A DNA stretch of 62,914 bases from Clostridia bacterium (GTDB taxonomy: Bacteria; Bacillota; Clostridia; RGIG6154), in NCBI GenBank assembly GCA_045589295.1, contig JAZNOU010000010.1, positions 1-62,914 on the forward strand. The letters run 5' to 3'. A model generated the notes under the pieces. That model was not told the origin of the DNA. It worked only from the letters and a program-made list of their open reading frames with translations, and did not search any database. Positions 20,468-30,308 of the stretch are shown one piece after another (the stretch's first letter is position 1; every line of letters starts with the position of its first letter). Made by a program: the position numbers and the translations under genes.

Positions 20468-21832
20468 TTATCCTATAAGTCCCCAGATTGGAAGTAATTC
20501 AAGCATAATTACAACAGAAAGTATGTAATGAAGCAAAACCCAAATCATACAATTTTTAATGGTTGGTTTAAGCTCTGACTGTGCAATACCCATACCTGTA
20601 TAAACACAAGCACAGTATGGCGGTGTAACACCGTGCATAGCGCCGCAGATGCACGGAAGCATAGCCGCCGCAAGCATTGGATTAACACCTGCTGCTGCAG
20701 TAATTGAAATAATAATTCCACCAAAAATCTTAACCTGGGTTGATCCCGGGAGAAGCATCCCTAAAACTGCAGTAAAGAGTGGAATAATAATTACAAGTGC
20801 AAGTTTGTTCATATTAAGTGAACTGATAAATTGACCAATTGCAATTTCAACATTCAAGTCCTCAAAAACATTACTTACAAAGTACGCAAAAAGAACAAGT
20901 GCTGCAGTTGGAACAACTTTAAGCATACCATCTGTAATATCTTGTGTCATATGTTTTAATGTCATTTTCTTGGCAGTTTCCTTTCCTGAAAGGAAGATGC
21001 CTGCAATAACAATCAAAGCGGGAATAAACAAAAGTAAACTGCTGTCTAACGCCTTTGTACCTGCCTCGCCGAGTCTTGATACGAAGAATGCATCAAACTT
21101 GCTTGTGATAAGGAATGGAACAAAAACGATAATTGGTAAAAATACTGCTTTCCAACCTGTTTTTAAAGATTTCTTAAAGCTTGGAATGTCCTCTTTTTTC
21201 ATTGGCTCTACTTTGTAGTGTCTGCACATAAAGTACATTGTTACAATTCTTTGCAAAACAAACCAGAGGGCAACACCCCATAAAAGTATCCAATACTGAG
21301 AAAGTGTGTATTTATGCGGATACAAATTGTCAAGAGCTGCAAAAGCAATACCAATCATGCCTGCAGGCGGTATCATATTACCCATTGTACTTGCGTGTGC
21401 TTCAACATTTGCCGCAAGGTGTGGCGGAAATCCTGATTTAATCATTGCAGGGATTGTAAACACACCTGTTGTTGCAACGTTGCCGGGGCCTGAGCCTGAA
21501 AGTGAGCCCATATAAGAGCTTCCGATAATTGCAACAAAACCCGCGCCGCCCGGAAGACGACCGAAAATTGACAAAATAATTGCTATGCAATCGTCAATAA
21601 TGCTGGTGTGTGCAAGCAGGTTTGCCGAAATAATAAATACAAAAATTACATAAAGGGTAGGTTCTTTTAATGCATCCCAGATGTACGCAGGAACGCCTGT
21701 CCAAGTACCCGTTACCGCAACTAACGCAATGAACGCATAAATCATACATTCATAAAGCGGTCTTTTTAAAACCGCAAAACCGATTATGGCCACAATGAAA
21801 ACTACGGCTAAATACCAAAATTCTACTATCAT
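20468..21832 (-). CDS. TRAP DctM-like / ion-transporter superfamily permease
   Basis: GSLSGSG, IPAMIKSGFP, GNMIPP, GVTPP motifs; ~11 TM segments. Confidence 0.75.
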   Translation of the reverse strand: MIVEFWYLAVVFIVAIIGFAVLKRPLYECMIYAFIALVAVTGTWTGVPAYIWDALKEPTLYVIFVFIISANLLAHTSIIDDCIAIILSIFGRLPGGAGFVAIIGSSYMGSLSGSGPGNVATTGVFTIPAMIKSGFPPHLAANVEAHASTMGNMIPPAGMIGIAFAALDNLYPHKYTLSQYWILLWGVALWFVLQRIVTMYFMCRHYKVEPMKKEDIPSFKKSLKTGWKAVFLPIIVFVPFLITSKFDAFFVSRLGEAGTKALDSSLLLFIPALIVIAGIFLSGKETAKKMTLKHMTQDITDGMLKVVPTAALVLFAYFVSNVFEDLNVEIAIGQFISSLNMNKLALVIIIPLFTAVLGMLLPGSTQVKIFGGIIISITAAAGVNPMLAAAMLPCICGAMHGVTPPYCACVYTGMGIAQSELKPTIKNCMIWVLLHYILSVVIMLELLPIWGLIG

Positions 21833-21851
21833 TTTTTTTCTCCTTTAAAAT

Positions 21852-23129
21852 TTACTGTTTTCCAAGTCTTTCAACATCGAAGTCTTCATCGAGCATATAG
21901 TTACCATCTGCATCGTAAACCTTAATTGTTTTCTGAATTGTTTTAATTGTTCTCTTCAAATGATCAAGATCATCTGCAACAAGGAAAATTCTGTAATGTA
22001 CCATTGATACGTTGTCAACTACCTTGATAGTATCTCCAACAGTATAATGATGTTCAAAACTTACAACTTCAGGCATTGCTTTTACAATGTCAATACCTTC
22101 TTCTTTTGCAATTGTTCCGCCTGTGCTGATTAATTGTACTGTTCCGCATTCTTTTTCAAAATATGGATTTTCAAAATATTCTTCATCTGTCATTTTACCT
22201 GTTAAAGCATAGTTCATAATGAGGAACATATTGCTGTTTCCGTAAAGGGCTTTTGTGTAATTCTGCTGGCTTGTACCACCAAGACGATATCCCATTTCTG
22301 TAAATACGATATCTTTTCCATCGCAGAATCCCTGAATACCAACTACACCATTTTCAATTTTCAAAATTTTCAAAAGATTTTCCATTGCAGGATAATATCT
22401 GTCAATGCAATCCTGCAAGTGACGTGATGGATATAAATATACCTGTGCAATTGTAGGCATTTTCGGGCCATCGTCTTTAGAAAGTTTTGAATACTTATCT
22501 GTCATTGACGCAATATGTATTTTCCCGTCGATAACTGTCATATAAAATACTGTGATAAAGCCTGACATAAACTTTTCAACCATCAATGTCTTGCTTCTTG
22601 AAAATTCTAATGCATTTTTCTGACCTTCAAGAAGTTCTTCCTCTGTCTGGCAAAGATAAACACCCTGGCTGCCCATTCCATCAACAGGTTTGATAACTAC
22701 CGGATATTCAATTGCATCAAGTTCCTCTCTTGTAGGAACAGCAGAAAGCTTGAATTCAGGAACTACAGGCAATCCTGCTTTTGCTGCAACTTCTTTAAAT
22801 TCTCTCTTCTGTCCTGTAATTTCCCACTGTTCTCTGCTCGCATAAAACTTAATCCCTGTTTCATCAACAACATCAAACAAAATATTGATAACATCTTCAT
22901 TTCCGCCTGGGAAAACGCCATCAATCTTATAATCTTTAATAATTTTAATTAAATCTTCAGCACTTCTTACATTCGCGTCGTATGTTTCATCTGCGATTTT
23001 AAATGTAGGGTGGTTAGGATTGTTTCCTACTGCAATAAGAACGACCCCGTTTTTTTCTGCATATTCCTTGATATCCTTAGTGTTGTATGCTCCACCAAGA
23101 AGTAATAATCTTTTTCCTTTTAAATCCAT
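21852..23129 (-). CDS. ATP-grasp ligase (carbamoyl-phosphate-synthase-like)
   Basis: YPVVIKPVDGMGSQGV, VEKFM, EMGYRLGG. Confidence 0.82.
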   Translation of the reverse strand: MDLKGKRLLLLGGAYNTKDIKEYAEKNGVVLIAVGNNPNHPTFKIADETYDANVRSAEDLIKIIKDYKIDGVFPGGNEDVINILFDVVDETGIKFYASREQWEITGQKREFKEVAAKAGLPVVPEFKLSAVPTREELDAIEYPVVIKPVDGMGSQGVYLCQTEEELLEGQKNALEFSRSKTLMVEKFMSGFITVFYMTVIDGKIHIASMTDKYSKLSKDDGPKMPTIAQVYLYPSRHLQDCIDRYYPAMENLLKILKIENGVVGIQGFCDGKDIVFTEMGYRLGGTSQQNYTKALYGNSNMFLIMNYALTGKMTDEEYFENPYFEKECGTVQLISTGGTIAKEEGIDIVKAMPEVVSFEHHYTVGDTIKVVDNVSMVHYRIFLVADDLDHLKRTIKTIQKTIKVYDADGNYMLDEDFDVERLGKQ

Positions 23130-23153
23130 ATTTATATCTCCTCTCAAATTAGT

Positions 23154-24250
23154 TTATATTGAAGTTTTCTTAATTTCCGACATTCCTAAGCGTTTAAGTA
23201 TCTGATTAGTTTCATCGAAAAATCCCCTTTGTCTTGGCGTCTGCCACACAAATTGGTCTCTGGAGTTTCCTTCAATCATTACCCAACCTTTATCCGTAAG
23301 AGCCAGATCCCATCCGGCATAACGATTCCCTTTTACAACTGTTGCTAACTCTTTAGCAGTTTCAACTGCTTCTTTCCAGCAAGGAATTTCAAAACCAACC
23401 ATTTTAATGCCCGTATCAGGATGAACTTCGTAATTATTACCATATTCATCGCCCACTGCATCAATCACACCGGTTGCAACATCAATAGTTCCGAAAACAC
23501 CACCTGCACCGGCATTGTCTACGATATTTCCGCCTCTACCTGTTCTGAAAAAAGCTGCAATAACTTCAACCCCCTCATCAAACTTAACAGTTGCCACCCT
23601 TATGGTATTTAAAGACGACGGGTGAAATTGCGCCATCTCCGGTGTCTGAATTATAAGTTCCTCTGCTATAAAGCCATCTTTCTTTTTACCGCAATAATCT
23701 TTTTTAAGTTCTTTGTAGAAAGCATCAAGATCCTTCTTTTCAGCAATATCTACAATCTGTATCCCCTGACCGCAAGTACCAAGAACAGGTTTAATAATCA
23801 CTTTACCTAATTTTTTGAAAAATAAATCAAATTTTTCGAAATCCTTATCTTTGTTCACATAACAAATTTCCCTTTTATAAAATTTACAGAAGATTTTGTA
23901 TGTAAGCATTTTATCATCAAATTTTGCTAAATTTCTTGATTTGTTTAAAGACTCACAAAAATCAACTCTGTTCATGTCAGAAATAAATGTTTTTCTTTCT
24001 TCTTCAGACTTGTCTTTAAAATGGTAACAAAAGTATTCTTCTGCACTGAAACGATATTTTTTGCCATATCAAGAATATCTTTTTTTATCTTTTCCTTTTC
24101 TTCCTGCGAAATTTTACCCATATATTTATCTATTGTTTTACATATTGATGCTTCGTTTACAAGCCTTTTATTCCACATTGATTTTCTTAAAATTGTTCCG
24201 AGTTTTGTGCATTTTAAAATGCTTTTAACTCTTATACTTATTCTGGACAT
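23154..24250 (-). pseudogene. Sugar-transfer-associated ATP-grasp gene split by a 1-nt frameshift at an A6 run (24057-24062)
   Basis: Adding one A joins MSRISIR...DMAK to KYRFSAEEYFCYHFKDKSEEERKTFISD-MNRV...; C-terminal HPSSLNTIRV, GWDLAL, IEGN. Confidence 0.75.
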
Positions 24251-24260
24251 TTTACCTACC

Positions 24261-25340
24261 TCATATTTTTTCAGTTCCAAAAACCTCATCCAAAACTTTC
24301 TTTGTGTCCTCACCAAAAAGTGGTCCATTATTAAACTCATGTATTTCTATTGAACCTTTGCACAAATTTGCTTCTATAAAGATTGGTTCTCCATCTTCTC
24401 CTATTGCAATATCAAATGATACCAGCCTGAAATGAGGTATCATAGGATGGGCTTTCATTACCAATTCTCTTGCCTTATCATAACACGGAATTTCATAACC
24501 TTCAAATATAAAATCATTTGACGGATGCTTTTCAAACCGTTCACCATTGGAATTGTATGCATATTTATTAAGTTTACCTTCCCGATTTATACCTACTGTA
24601 ATACCTCCGCTACTGTAGTTGTCTACTTTGTTTCCCTTCATTCCAACTCTCAAAAGTGAAGAATAAATTTTAGGGCCATCTTTTGTCAGAAGTGAAATTA
24701 TCCTGATAGTATTCACCGAACTGTCATTTATATTTGATAAGGCTTGATGTTGTTTTATGGCACGCTGGGCAATGATATCGCCCTTAATGCTATTTATGCA
24801 TTTTTTAAACTGCTCAACACCAATTTCGTCCATACAATTTACATATTCAACGCCCTTCCCGCCAAAGGACTCGGTTGCCGCCTTAACAAATAATTCTTTC
24901 TCGGCACGAACAATATCCATAACTTCTTTCTCGCCGATTATCTGCATATCACTGTTGTACCAAAAGCCTCCCACACGGCAAACTGCAAATTCAGGCTGCT
25001 TTAATCCGTTGAAAATAGTTTTGTAATAACATTTGTTATCAAGGTACTTTCCTTCTTCTCTTGAATTAAAGTATTCATCAATTTCATTTATATAAATATC
25101 CACAGGTATATACTTTTCAGAAAACAATCCCGTCTTTTCGTAGTAAAGTTGATGATATATAGTAGTTACATTACAGTATGGCTTATAAAAATCTTTTATC
25201 TGTTTTTTCTGTTCTTTGCTTAACTGAACTTTGCCATTTAATCTCGCTTTGCAAGTATTTCTGCTGATTCTTGTGTTTCTGATTTTTCGCATCTTGTTAT
25301 ACACTTCAAAATACGAATTCGTTATCTGCATATAATTCAT
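24261..25340 (-). CDS. Sugar-transfer-associated ATP-grasp protein
   Basis: SSVNTIRIISL, VDNYSSGG, SFDIAI, IEAN, NGPLFGE. Confidence 0.82.
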   Translation of the reverse strand: MNYMQITNSYFEVYNKMRKIRNTRISRNTCKARLNGKVQLSKEQKKQIKDFYKPYCNVTTIYHQLYYEKTGLFSEKYIPVDIYINEIDEYFNSREEGKYLDNKCYYKTIFNGLKQPEFAVCRVGGFWYNSDMQIIGEKEVMDIVRAEKELFVKAATESFGGKGVEYVNCMDEIGVEQFKKCINSIKGDIIAQRAIKQHQALSNINDSSVNTIRIISLLTKDGPKIYSSLLRVGMKGNKVDNYSSGGITVGINREGKLNKYAYNSNGERFEKHPSNDFIFEGYEIPCYDKARELVMKAHPMIPHFRLVSFDIAIGEDGEPIFIEANLCKGSIEIHEFNNGPLFGEDTKKVLDEVFGTEKI

Positions 25341-25369
25341 TTTGTCTCCCTCAATTAACTATTCTACTT

Positions 25370-25888
25370 TTATTTCAAAATTTTCTTATTGAATGTATGT
25401 TTAAAGCCTCGGATGAAGCCATATTCTTTTATAAATCTAAATCCGACTTTGGTTAAGCCTTTTTCTGATGAAATGTTGCCCCGCTCAACGCCGATATAAA
25501 ACTTATCAAATACTTTTTCTTTCTCGATAAGGGCGGTGATAATGCAAGGATAGATACCCTGACCGCGGACAGATTCGTGCACGAAAAAGCGGCATAAATA
25601 TATGCATTTTTCGCCGATTTTATAAAAATAGTCATCGCTTCCGGGGTGTTTTGCCCAGCCATAACCTACAGGCTTATCGTCTAAGTAAGCATAATAACCG
25701 AAGTCACCCATTGAGAGCTGATACAAAAACTGTCCTTCGTACATTTCGCCTCTTAATTCTTTGACCAAAGAAGCATTTTCATTTGTTATGGGAACAAATG
25801 TAAGCTTTTCATTTTTATGAGAAACAATATTATTTCTTTCAACAGAAAAAAGTCTTTCGTGCCAGCATTTAAACAAAAAATATGCCAT
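25370..25888 (-). CDS. GNAT N-acetyltransferase
   Basis: FVHESVRGQGI acetyl-CoA motif, N..S...L.KVGF. Confidence 0.8.
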   Translation of the reverse strand: MAYFLFKCWHERLFSVERNNIVSHKNEKLTFVPITNENASLVKELRGEMYEGQFLYQLSMGDFGYYAYLDDKPVGYGWAKHPGSDDYFYKIGEKCIYLCRFFVHESVRGQGIYPCIITALIEKEKVFDKFYIGVERGNISSEKGLTKVGFRFIKEYGFIRGFKHTFNKKILK

Positions 25889-25889
25889 T

Positions 25890-27128
25890 TTAGTCCTCCA
25901 ATGTAAAAGGTGAAACTATCATATCTTCGCCATCTTCACCTGTGACCGAAATAAAATCTTTCACATCAGCAATTGCTCTTTTCAGATTTTGATAATTATC
26001 CGCTACCATATTAACGCGGATTAACATATGGGAATAATCTCCGCTGGAAGCAACCTCGTCACCGTTTGAGTGGGTAAGATTATATGAAATAACCTCGTCA
26101 ATTTTATATACCCTTTCAAGCCCTTTAATTTCTTTGATTTTCCCGGGTTTTAACACAACCGCAAGGTTTACCGAGGGGTAAATAAAGCTTTCGTCTTTTA
26201 AAAGCGGAGTTTCAAACTCTGTTACATCTTCACCCAATGCAAGCTTTAACATAAATTCTGCCAAAGATACGCCCTTTTGCTTTAACACAAGGCGGTAATG
26301 CTGCTCGCCTGTAAAGCGATATGCCATTTCATATATAAAAAACTCGCCATTTTCATAAAGTGCCTGAATAAGTACCAAACCATTTTTTATTCCCATGCCG
26401 ACAAGCATTTTCCTGATATCCTGGTCAATTGTTTTAACCATTTCATCTCTGTGTTTTGAAGGAAAAACCTCTGCAACAGGGAGCGGAACTGCACCCTTTT
26501 CAGTCCTTACCGTGTGACGGTCTGCGGTAGCTGTTAAATAAATATTCCCGTTTACTATTGTATAAAAAAGCTCTGTACCATAGCTTGTTTCGATAAATCT
26601 TTCAATTACCGCAGTTTTAGACGGCGAAACTTTAATTGCCTTCTCAAAACCTCTTTTTAAATACTCTTCATTTCTTGCAACTGTAATGCCGCGGCTACCG
26701 TAACTATCGGTGGGCTTTACTATGTAAGGGTACTTGCCCAAAGCTATTGCCTCGGTTAAATCATACTGCTCAATTACAGGAACGCCATATTTTTTGCACT
26801 CTGCTTTAAAATTATCTTTATTTGTGATAATTTCAAGTTGCTCTTTAGTTGCGTAAAAGGGAAGTCCAAGCCTTTTGCAAAGCTTTTCTGCAATATGGAT
26901 ATTAAAATCCTCAAAGCCTGTAAAAACTCCGTCAACATTTTTCTCTCTGCAGATTTTTTCCAGCTCGTCTACCTTATCAGTGCTTATATTTATCGTTTCG
27001 TCTGCAAAGCGCTTTGCGGGAGAATTTTCGTCACGGTCTACAACAATTGTATAAATTCCCATATCATGGGCAGTAAAAACTATGTCAATCATTTGCGGGA
27101 ATCCGCCTAAAAACAGTATTTTCTTCAT
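25890..27128 (-). CDS. ATP-grasp ligase
   Basis: YPYIVKPTDSYGSRGI, IERFI, EMAYRFTG. Confidence 0.82.
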   Translation of the reverse strand: MKKILFLGGFPQMIDIVFTAHDMGIYTIVVDRDENSPAKRFADETINISTDKVDELEKICREKNVDGVFTGFEDFNIHIAEKLCKRLGLPFYATKEQLEIITNKDNFKAECKKYGVPVIEQYDLTEAIALGKYPYIVKPTDSYGSRGITVARNEEYLKRGFEKAIKVSPSKTAVIERFIETSYGTELFYTIVNGNIYLTATADRHTVRTEKGAVPLPVAEVFPSKHRDEMVKTIDQDIRKMLVGMGIKNGLVLIQALYENGEFFIYEMAYRFTGEQHYRLVLKQKGVSLAEFMLKLALGEDVTEFETPLLKDESFIYPSVNLAVVLKPGKIKEIKGLERVYKIDEVISYNLTHSNGDEVASSGDYSHMLIRVNMVADNYQNLKRAIADVKDFISVTGEDGEDMIVSPFTLED

Positions 27129-28309
27129 TATTCCACTACTATTTTGATTTTTTCTATTGCTTTTTCGCAGATTTTGACTGCGTTTTGTGCGTTTTCTGCT
27201 TGTGCTATTACAAAGCCCACTCTATCGGTTGAGCTGTTGATTGAGCCAACAGTATCGCCCACATTTTTAGTAAATGTTATTTCTTTTACGCCCTCTAAAT
27301 TTTCGGCATCTTCTACACATGAAATGCTTTTGATTGTGCCACATGGTACATCGAAAAATCTGATTGCGCTGCCTTTGTCGAATTTTGGCGTAACATCAGG
27401 TTTTTGTCCCAATGCACAATTGATTGTACATTCAATCATATCAATTCCCGTTGACAAGGGGACAAGGTGAGTTGTAATACAATCTCCGCCCATTCTTGCG
27501 CCAAGTTCAATCATTTTAGGGCCTTTTGAGGTTACCATAATTTCAACGTGAGCAGGGCCATTTTCAATTCCAACCGATTTTACCGCCCTTGTTGCCACAT
27601 CTTTAATTTGATTTTTTATATCTTCAGAAAGTGATGATTGCTGTGAATGTCCCATCTCAACAAAGTGAGGTGCGCCTGTTGTAAGTTTGTCCGTAATGGC
27701 TAAAATGTTGATTTTGCCATTTACCGCCATAACCTCAACGCTTACCTCAGAGCCTGTCATATACTCTTCAATGATTACCCCTGCACCTCTTGAAGAACTT
27801 ACGCTGTATTCAAAGCTTTCCAAAAGTTTTTCTTCGTTATTAACAAGCACAACTCCTCTTGAGCCTGAATTATCAAGAGGTTTTAAAATGCAGGGATATG
27901 CAATTTCGGTTTTAATTTGTTCCAGAGCATCTTTGTCAGGCACAATAAAAAACCATGGTGACGGAACATTGTGTTCCTTAAAGGCTTTTATCATTTCGCC
28001 TTTATCGGTAGCTTTTACTGCAGTATCAAAACTTACCGCAGTAAGTCCTAACTTTTTGGATGCTTTAGCAACCGAACGCATTGGCATATCTGACGCAAGG
28101 GTCATAATTCCGTCTGCCTTAAAATCTTCTGCCGCTTTTGTTACACCCTCGATGTCAATGGTGCTGACATTATAAAACTTGTCCGCAAACGGTATTCCTA
28201 TTGCGTTTTTATCGTAATCCGCAACTGCAACTTTAAGTCCCATTTCTTTTGCTCTTTTTATGGCAGGAAGCTGCAGGACAGATGCACCGATTATCATCAG
28301 ATTTTTCAT
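27128..28309 (-). CDS. ATP-grasp ligase (carboxylate-amine ligase-like)
   Basis: YPCILKPLDNSGSRGV, EEYMTG.EVSVE, IELGARMGG. Confidence 0.85.
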   Translation of the reverse strand: MKNLMIIGASVLQLPAIKRAKEMGLKVAVADYDKNAIGIPFADKFYNVSTIDIEGVTKAAEDFKADGIMTLASDMPMRSVAKASKKLGLTAVSFDTAVKATDKGEMIKAFKEHNVPSPWFFIVPDKDALEQIKTEIAYPCILKPLDNSGSRGVVLVNNEEKLLESFEYSVSSSRGAGVIIEEYMTGSEVSVEVMAVNGKINILAITDKLTTGAPHFVEMGHSQQSSLSEDIKNQIKDVATRAVKSVGIENGPAHVEIMVTSKGPKMIELGARMGGDCITTHLVPLSTGIDMIECTINCALGQKPDVTPKFDKGSAIRFFDVPCGTIKSISCVEDAENLEGVKEITFTKNVGDTVGSINSSTDRVGFVIAQAENAQNAVKICEKAIEKIKIVVE

Positions 28310-28938
28310 AATGCGGTTTTCTCCTCTGCTTTTTCAGTTTTCATTTCCTGATTTACATAAATATTTTTTCTTCTTAAAACGCTCATCGCGGTCTGAATAA
28401 AAATTTTAATATCCATAATCATTGTAACATTTTCAACGTAGTAAACATCGTTTTTAAGTTTTTCATCAGAAGTTATTGAGTTTCTGAAATACGCCTGTGA
28501 ATAGCCTGTAAGACCCGGACGCATCTCTAGAGCCTTCATTCTTTCAGGGGAAACCTCTGAAAGAGGCCTGTTGGGAAGTGTCGGTCTTGGTCCGATGATG
28601 CTCATATCGCCTTTTAAAATATTTAAAAGCTGCGGTGTTTCATCCAAACTTGTTTTTCTTAAAATTCTGCCGATTTTTGTAACTCTGGGGTCGTCTTCTC
28701 CGTTATATGTAGAACCATCCGCACTCTTTAGGTCAGGCGAATTTACATACATAGAACGGAACTTATACATTTTAAATGTTTTTCCGTCTTTGCCACGTCT
28801 TGGCGCGTTGTAAAATACAGGGCCTTTATCCTCTAAATATATAAGGGGCGCAACCACTAAAAAGATAATTGCTACAAAAGGCAATCCGCACAAAGCTATG
28901 GTAAAATCTATTAATCTTTTAAAAAAGTGTTTATACAT
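28306..28938 (-). CDS. Priming undecaprenyl-phosphate sugar transferase (Bac_transf)
   Basis: KRLID, KFRSM, LRKTSLDETPQL, GPRP, PGLTG. Confidence 0.92.
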   Translation of the reverse strand: MYKHFFKRLIDFTIALCGLPFVAIIFLVVAPLIYLEDKGPVFYNAPRRGKDGKTFKMYKFRSMYVNSPDLKSADGSTYNGEDDPRVTKIGRILRKTSLDETPQLLNILKGDMSIIGPRPTLPNRPLSEVSPERMKALEMRPGLTGYSQAYFRNSITSDEKLKNDVYYVENVTMIMDIKIFIQTAMSVLRRKNIYVNQEMKTEKAEEKTAL

Positions 28939-28941
28939 ACC

Positions 28942-30147
28942 TTATTCCCCCCAGATTGCTTTAAAGCACTCAATTACATACAAAACGTCTTCCTCGGTCA
29001 TTTTTGTGTTGAGAGGAAGTGATACTTCGTTATGATATCTGTCATAAGCGTTAGGGAAGTCCTTGATATCAAAGCCGAGGTTTTTATAAGCAGTCAAAAG
29101 CGGAAGTGGTTTGTAGTGAACGTTTGTTGCAACTCCTTTTTCTGCCATTTTTTCTATAAATTCGTTTCTGTAAGCCTCATCTTTACCTGTTAAATTGCAA
29201 AGATAAAGATGTCCGCTTGATTTGTGATTTTCGTCGTAATGATTTAAAAATCCTACGCCGAGGTCTTTTAAGCCATCATTATACATTTTAATAAACTTTT
29301 CACGTTTTTCAAGTATTTCGCCGTAGCGTTCAAGCTGTGCAAGACCGATTGCTGCGTGAATATCTGTCATATTGCATTTAAAGTTCGGAGCAACAATGTC
29401 ATATTCCCACGCGCCGAGTTTGGTTTTTGCAAGAGCGTCTTTGCTCTGGCCGTGAAGTGACAAAAGCATATACTGTTTGTAAATATACTCATTATCAATG
29501 CCGTCTATATCGCGCCAAACTACTGCACCGCCCTCTGCGGTTGTTAAGTTTTTAACGGCATGGAAAGAAAAACTTGTAAAGTCGGCAATAGCGCCTGCTT
29601 TTTTACCGTCTTTTTCAGCGCCAAAACAATGAGCACCATCTGCACAAACGGCAATTCTGCCCATTGCTTTCTGAATTTCATTTTTAGGTTCAAATATATC
29701 TTTTTTGTTGTTTACAACTTCAAAAATCTTGTCGTAATCACAGATAATACCTGCAATATCAACAGGGATAACAGCCTTTGTCTTTGGAGTAATCAAAGAT
29801 GCCATCTTATCATAATCCATTTCATATCCGTTATCAGAAATATCACAAAGAACAAGTTTTGCTCCAACATGGCAAACAATGCTTGCTGATGCAGTATATG
29901 TATACGAAGGTACAATTACTTCATCTCCTTCGCCAATACCTAAAAGTCTTAAGGTCATTTCGGCACAGGCAGTTTGCGAGTTTAACGCTACTGCCTTTGA
30001 AGTACCACAATACTCTGCAATTTCTTTTTCAAACTGTTTTGTTTTAGGACCAGTGGTTATCCAGCCCGAACGAAGCGCCTCCGCAACTAATTCTATTTCC
30101 TTTTCGGAAATGTCCGGAGGTGAAAAATCAATTCTTCTATTTTGCAT
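28942..30147 (-). CDS. DegT/DnrJ/EryC1/StrS sugar aminotransferase
   Basis: SGWITTGPK, SFHAVKNLTTAEGG, NMTDI, NVHYKPLP. Confidence 0.92.
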   Translation of the reverse strand: MQNRRIDFSPPDISEKEIELVAEALRSGWITTGPKTKQFEKEIAEYCGTSKAVALNSQTACAEMTLRLLGIGEGDEVIVPSYTYTASASIVCHVGAKLVLCDISDNGYEMDYDKMASLITPKTKAVIPVDIAGIICDYDKIFEVVNNKKDIFEPKNEIQKAMGRIAVCADGAHCFGAEKDGKKAGAIADFTSFSFHAVKNLTTAEGGAVVWRDIDGIDNEYIYKQYMLLSLHGQSKDALAKTKLGAWEYDIVAPNFKCNMTDIHAAIGLAQLERYGEILEKREKFIKMYNDGLKDLGVGFLNHYDENHKSSGHLYLCNLTGKDEAYRNEFIEKMAEKGVATNVHYKPLPLLTAYKNLGFDIKDFPNAYDRYHNEVSLPLNTKMTEEDVLYVIECFKAIWGE

Positions 30148-30169
30148 ATAAACACCCTTTCATTAAATT

Positions 30170-30198
30170 ATTTTATCACAAATATAAAAAAAATGCAA
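30170..30198 (-). promoter_or_regulatory. SigA-type promoter of the polysaccharide operon
   Basis: Minus strand TTGCAT-17-TAAAAT with TG extension. Confidence 0.55.
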
Positions 30199-30308
30199 TA
30201 GGTTACTATTTGTCAAATTTCAACAAAATTCTTGGCTAAATTCCCATTAGCTTGAATATTTATTTAACCTGTGATATACTTTTTTAAAAAATGACAAAGG
30301 ATATGTTT

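Noticed and set aside
30176-30193. Phase-variable homopolymer in the polysaccharide promoter spacer
   Set aside because: An 8-nt A/T run is common in this AT-rich sequence
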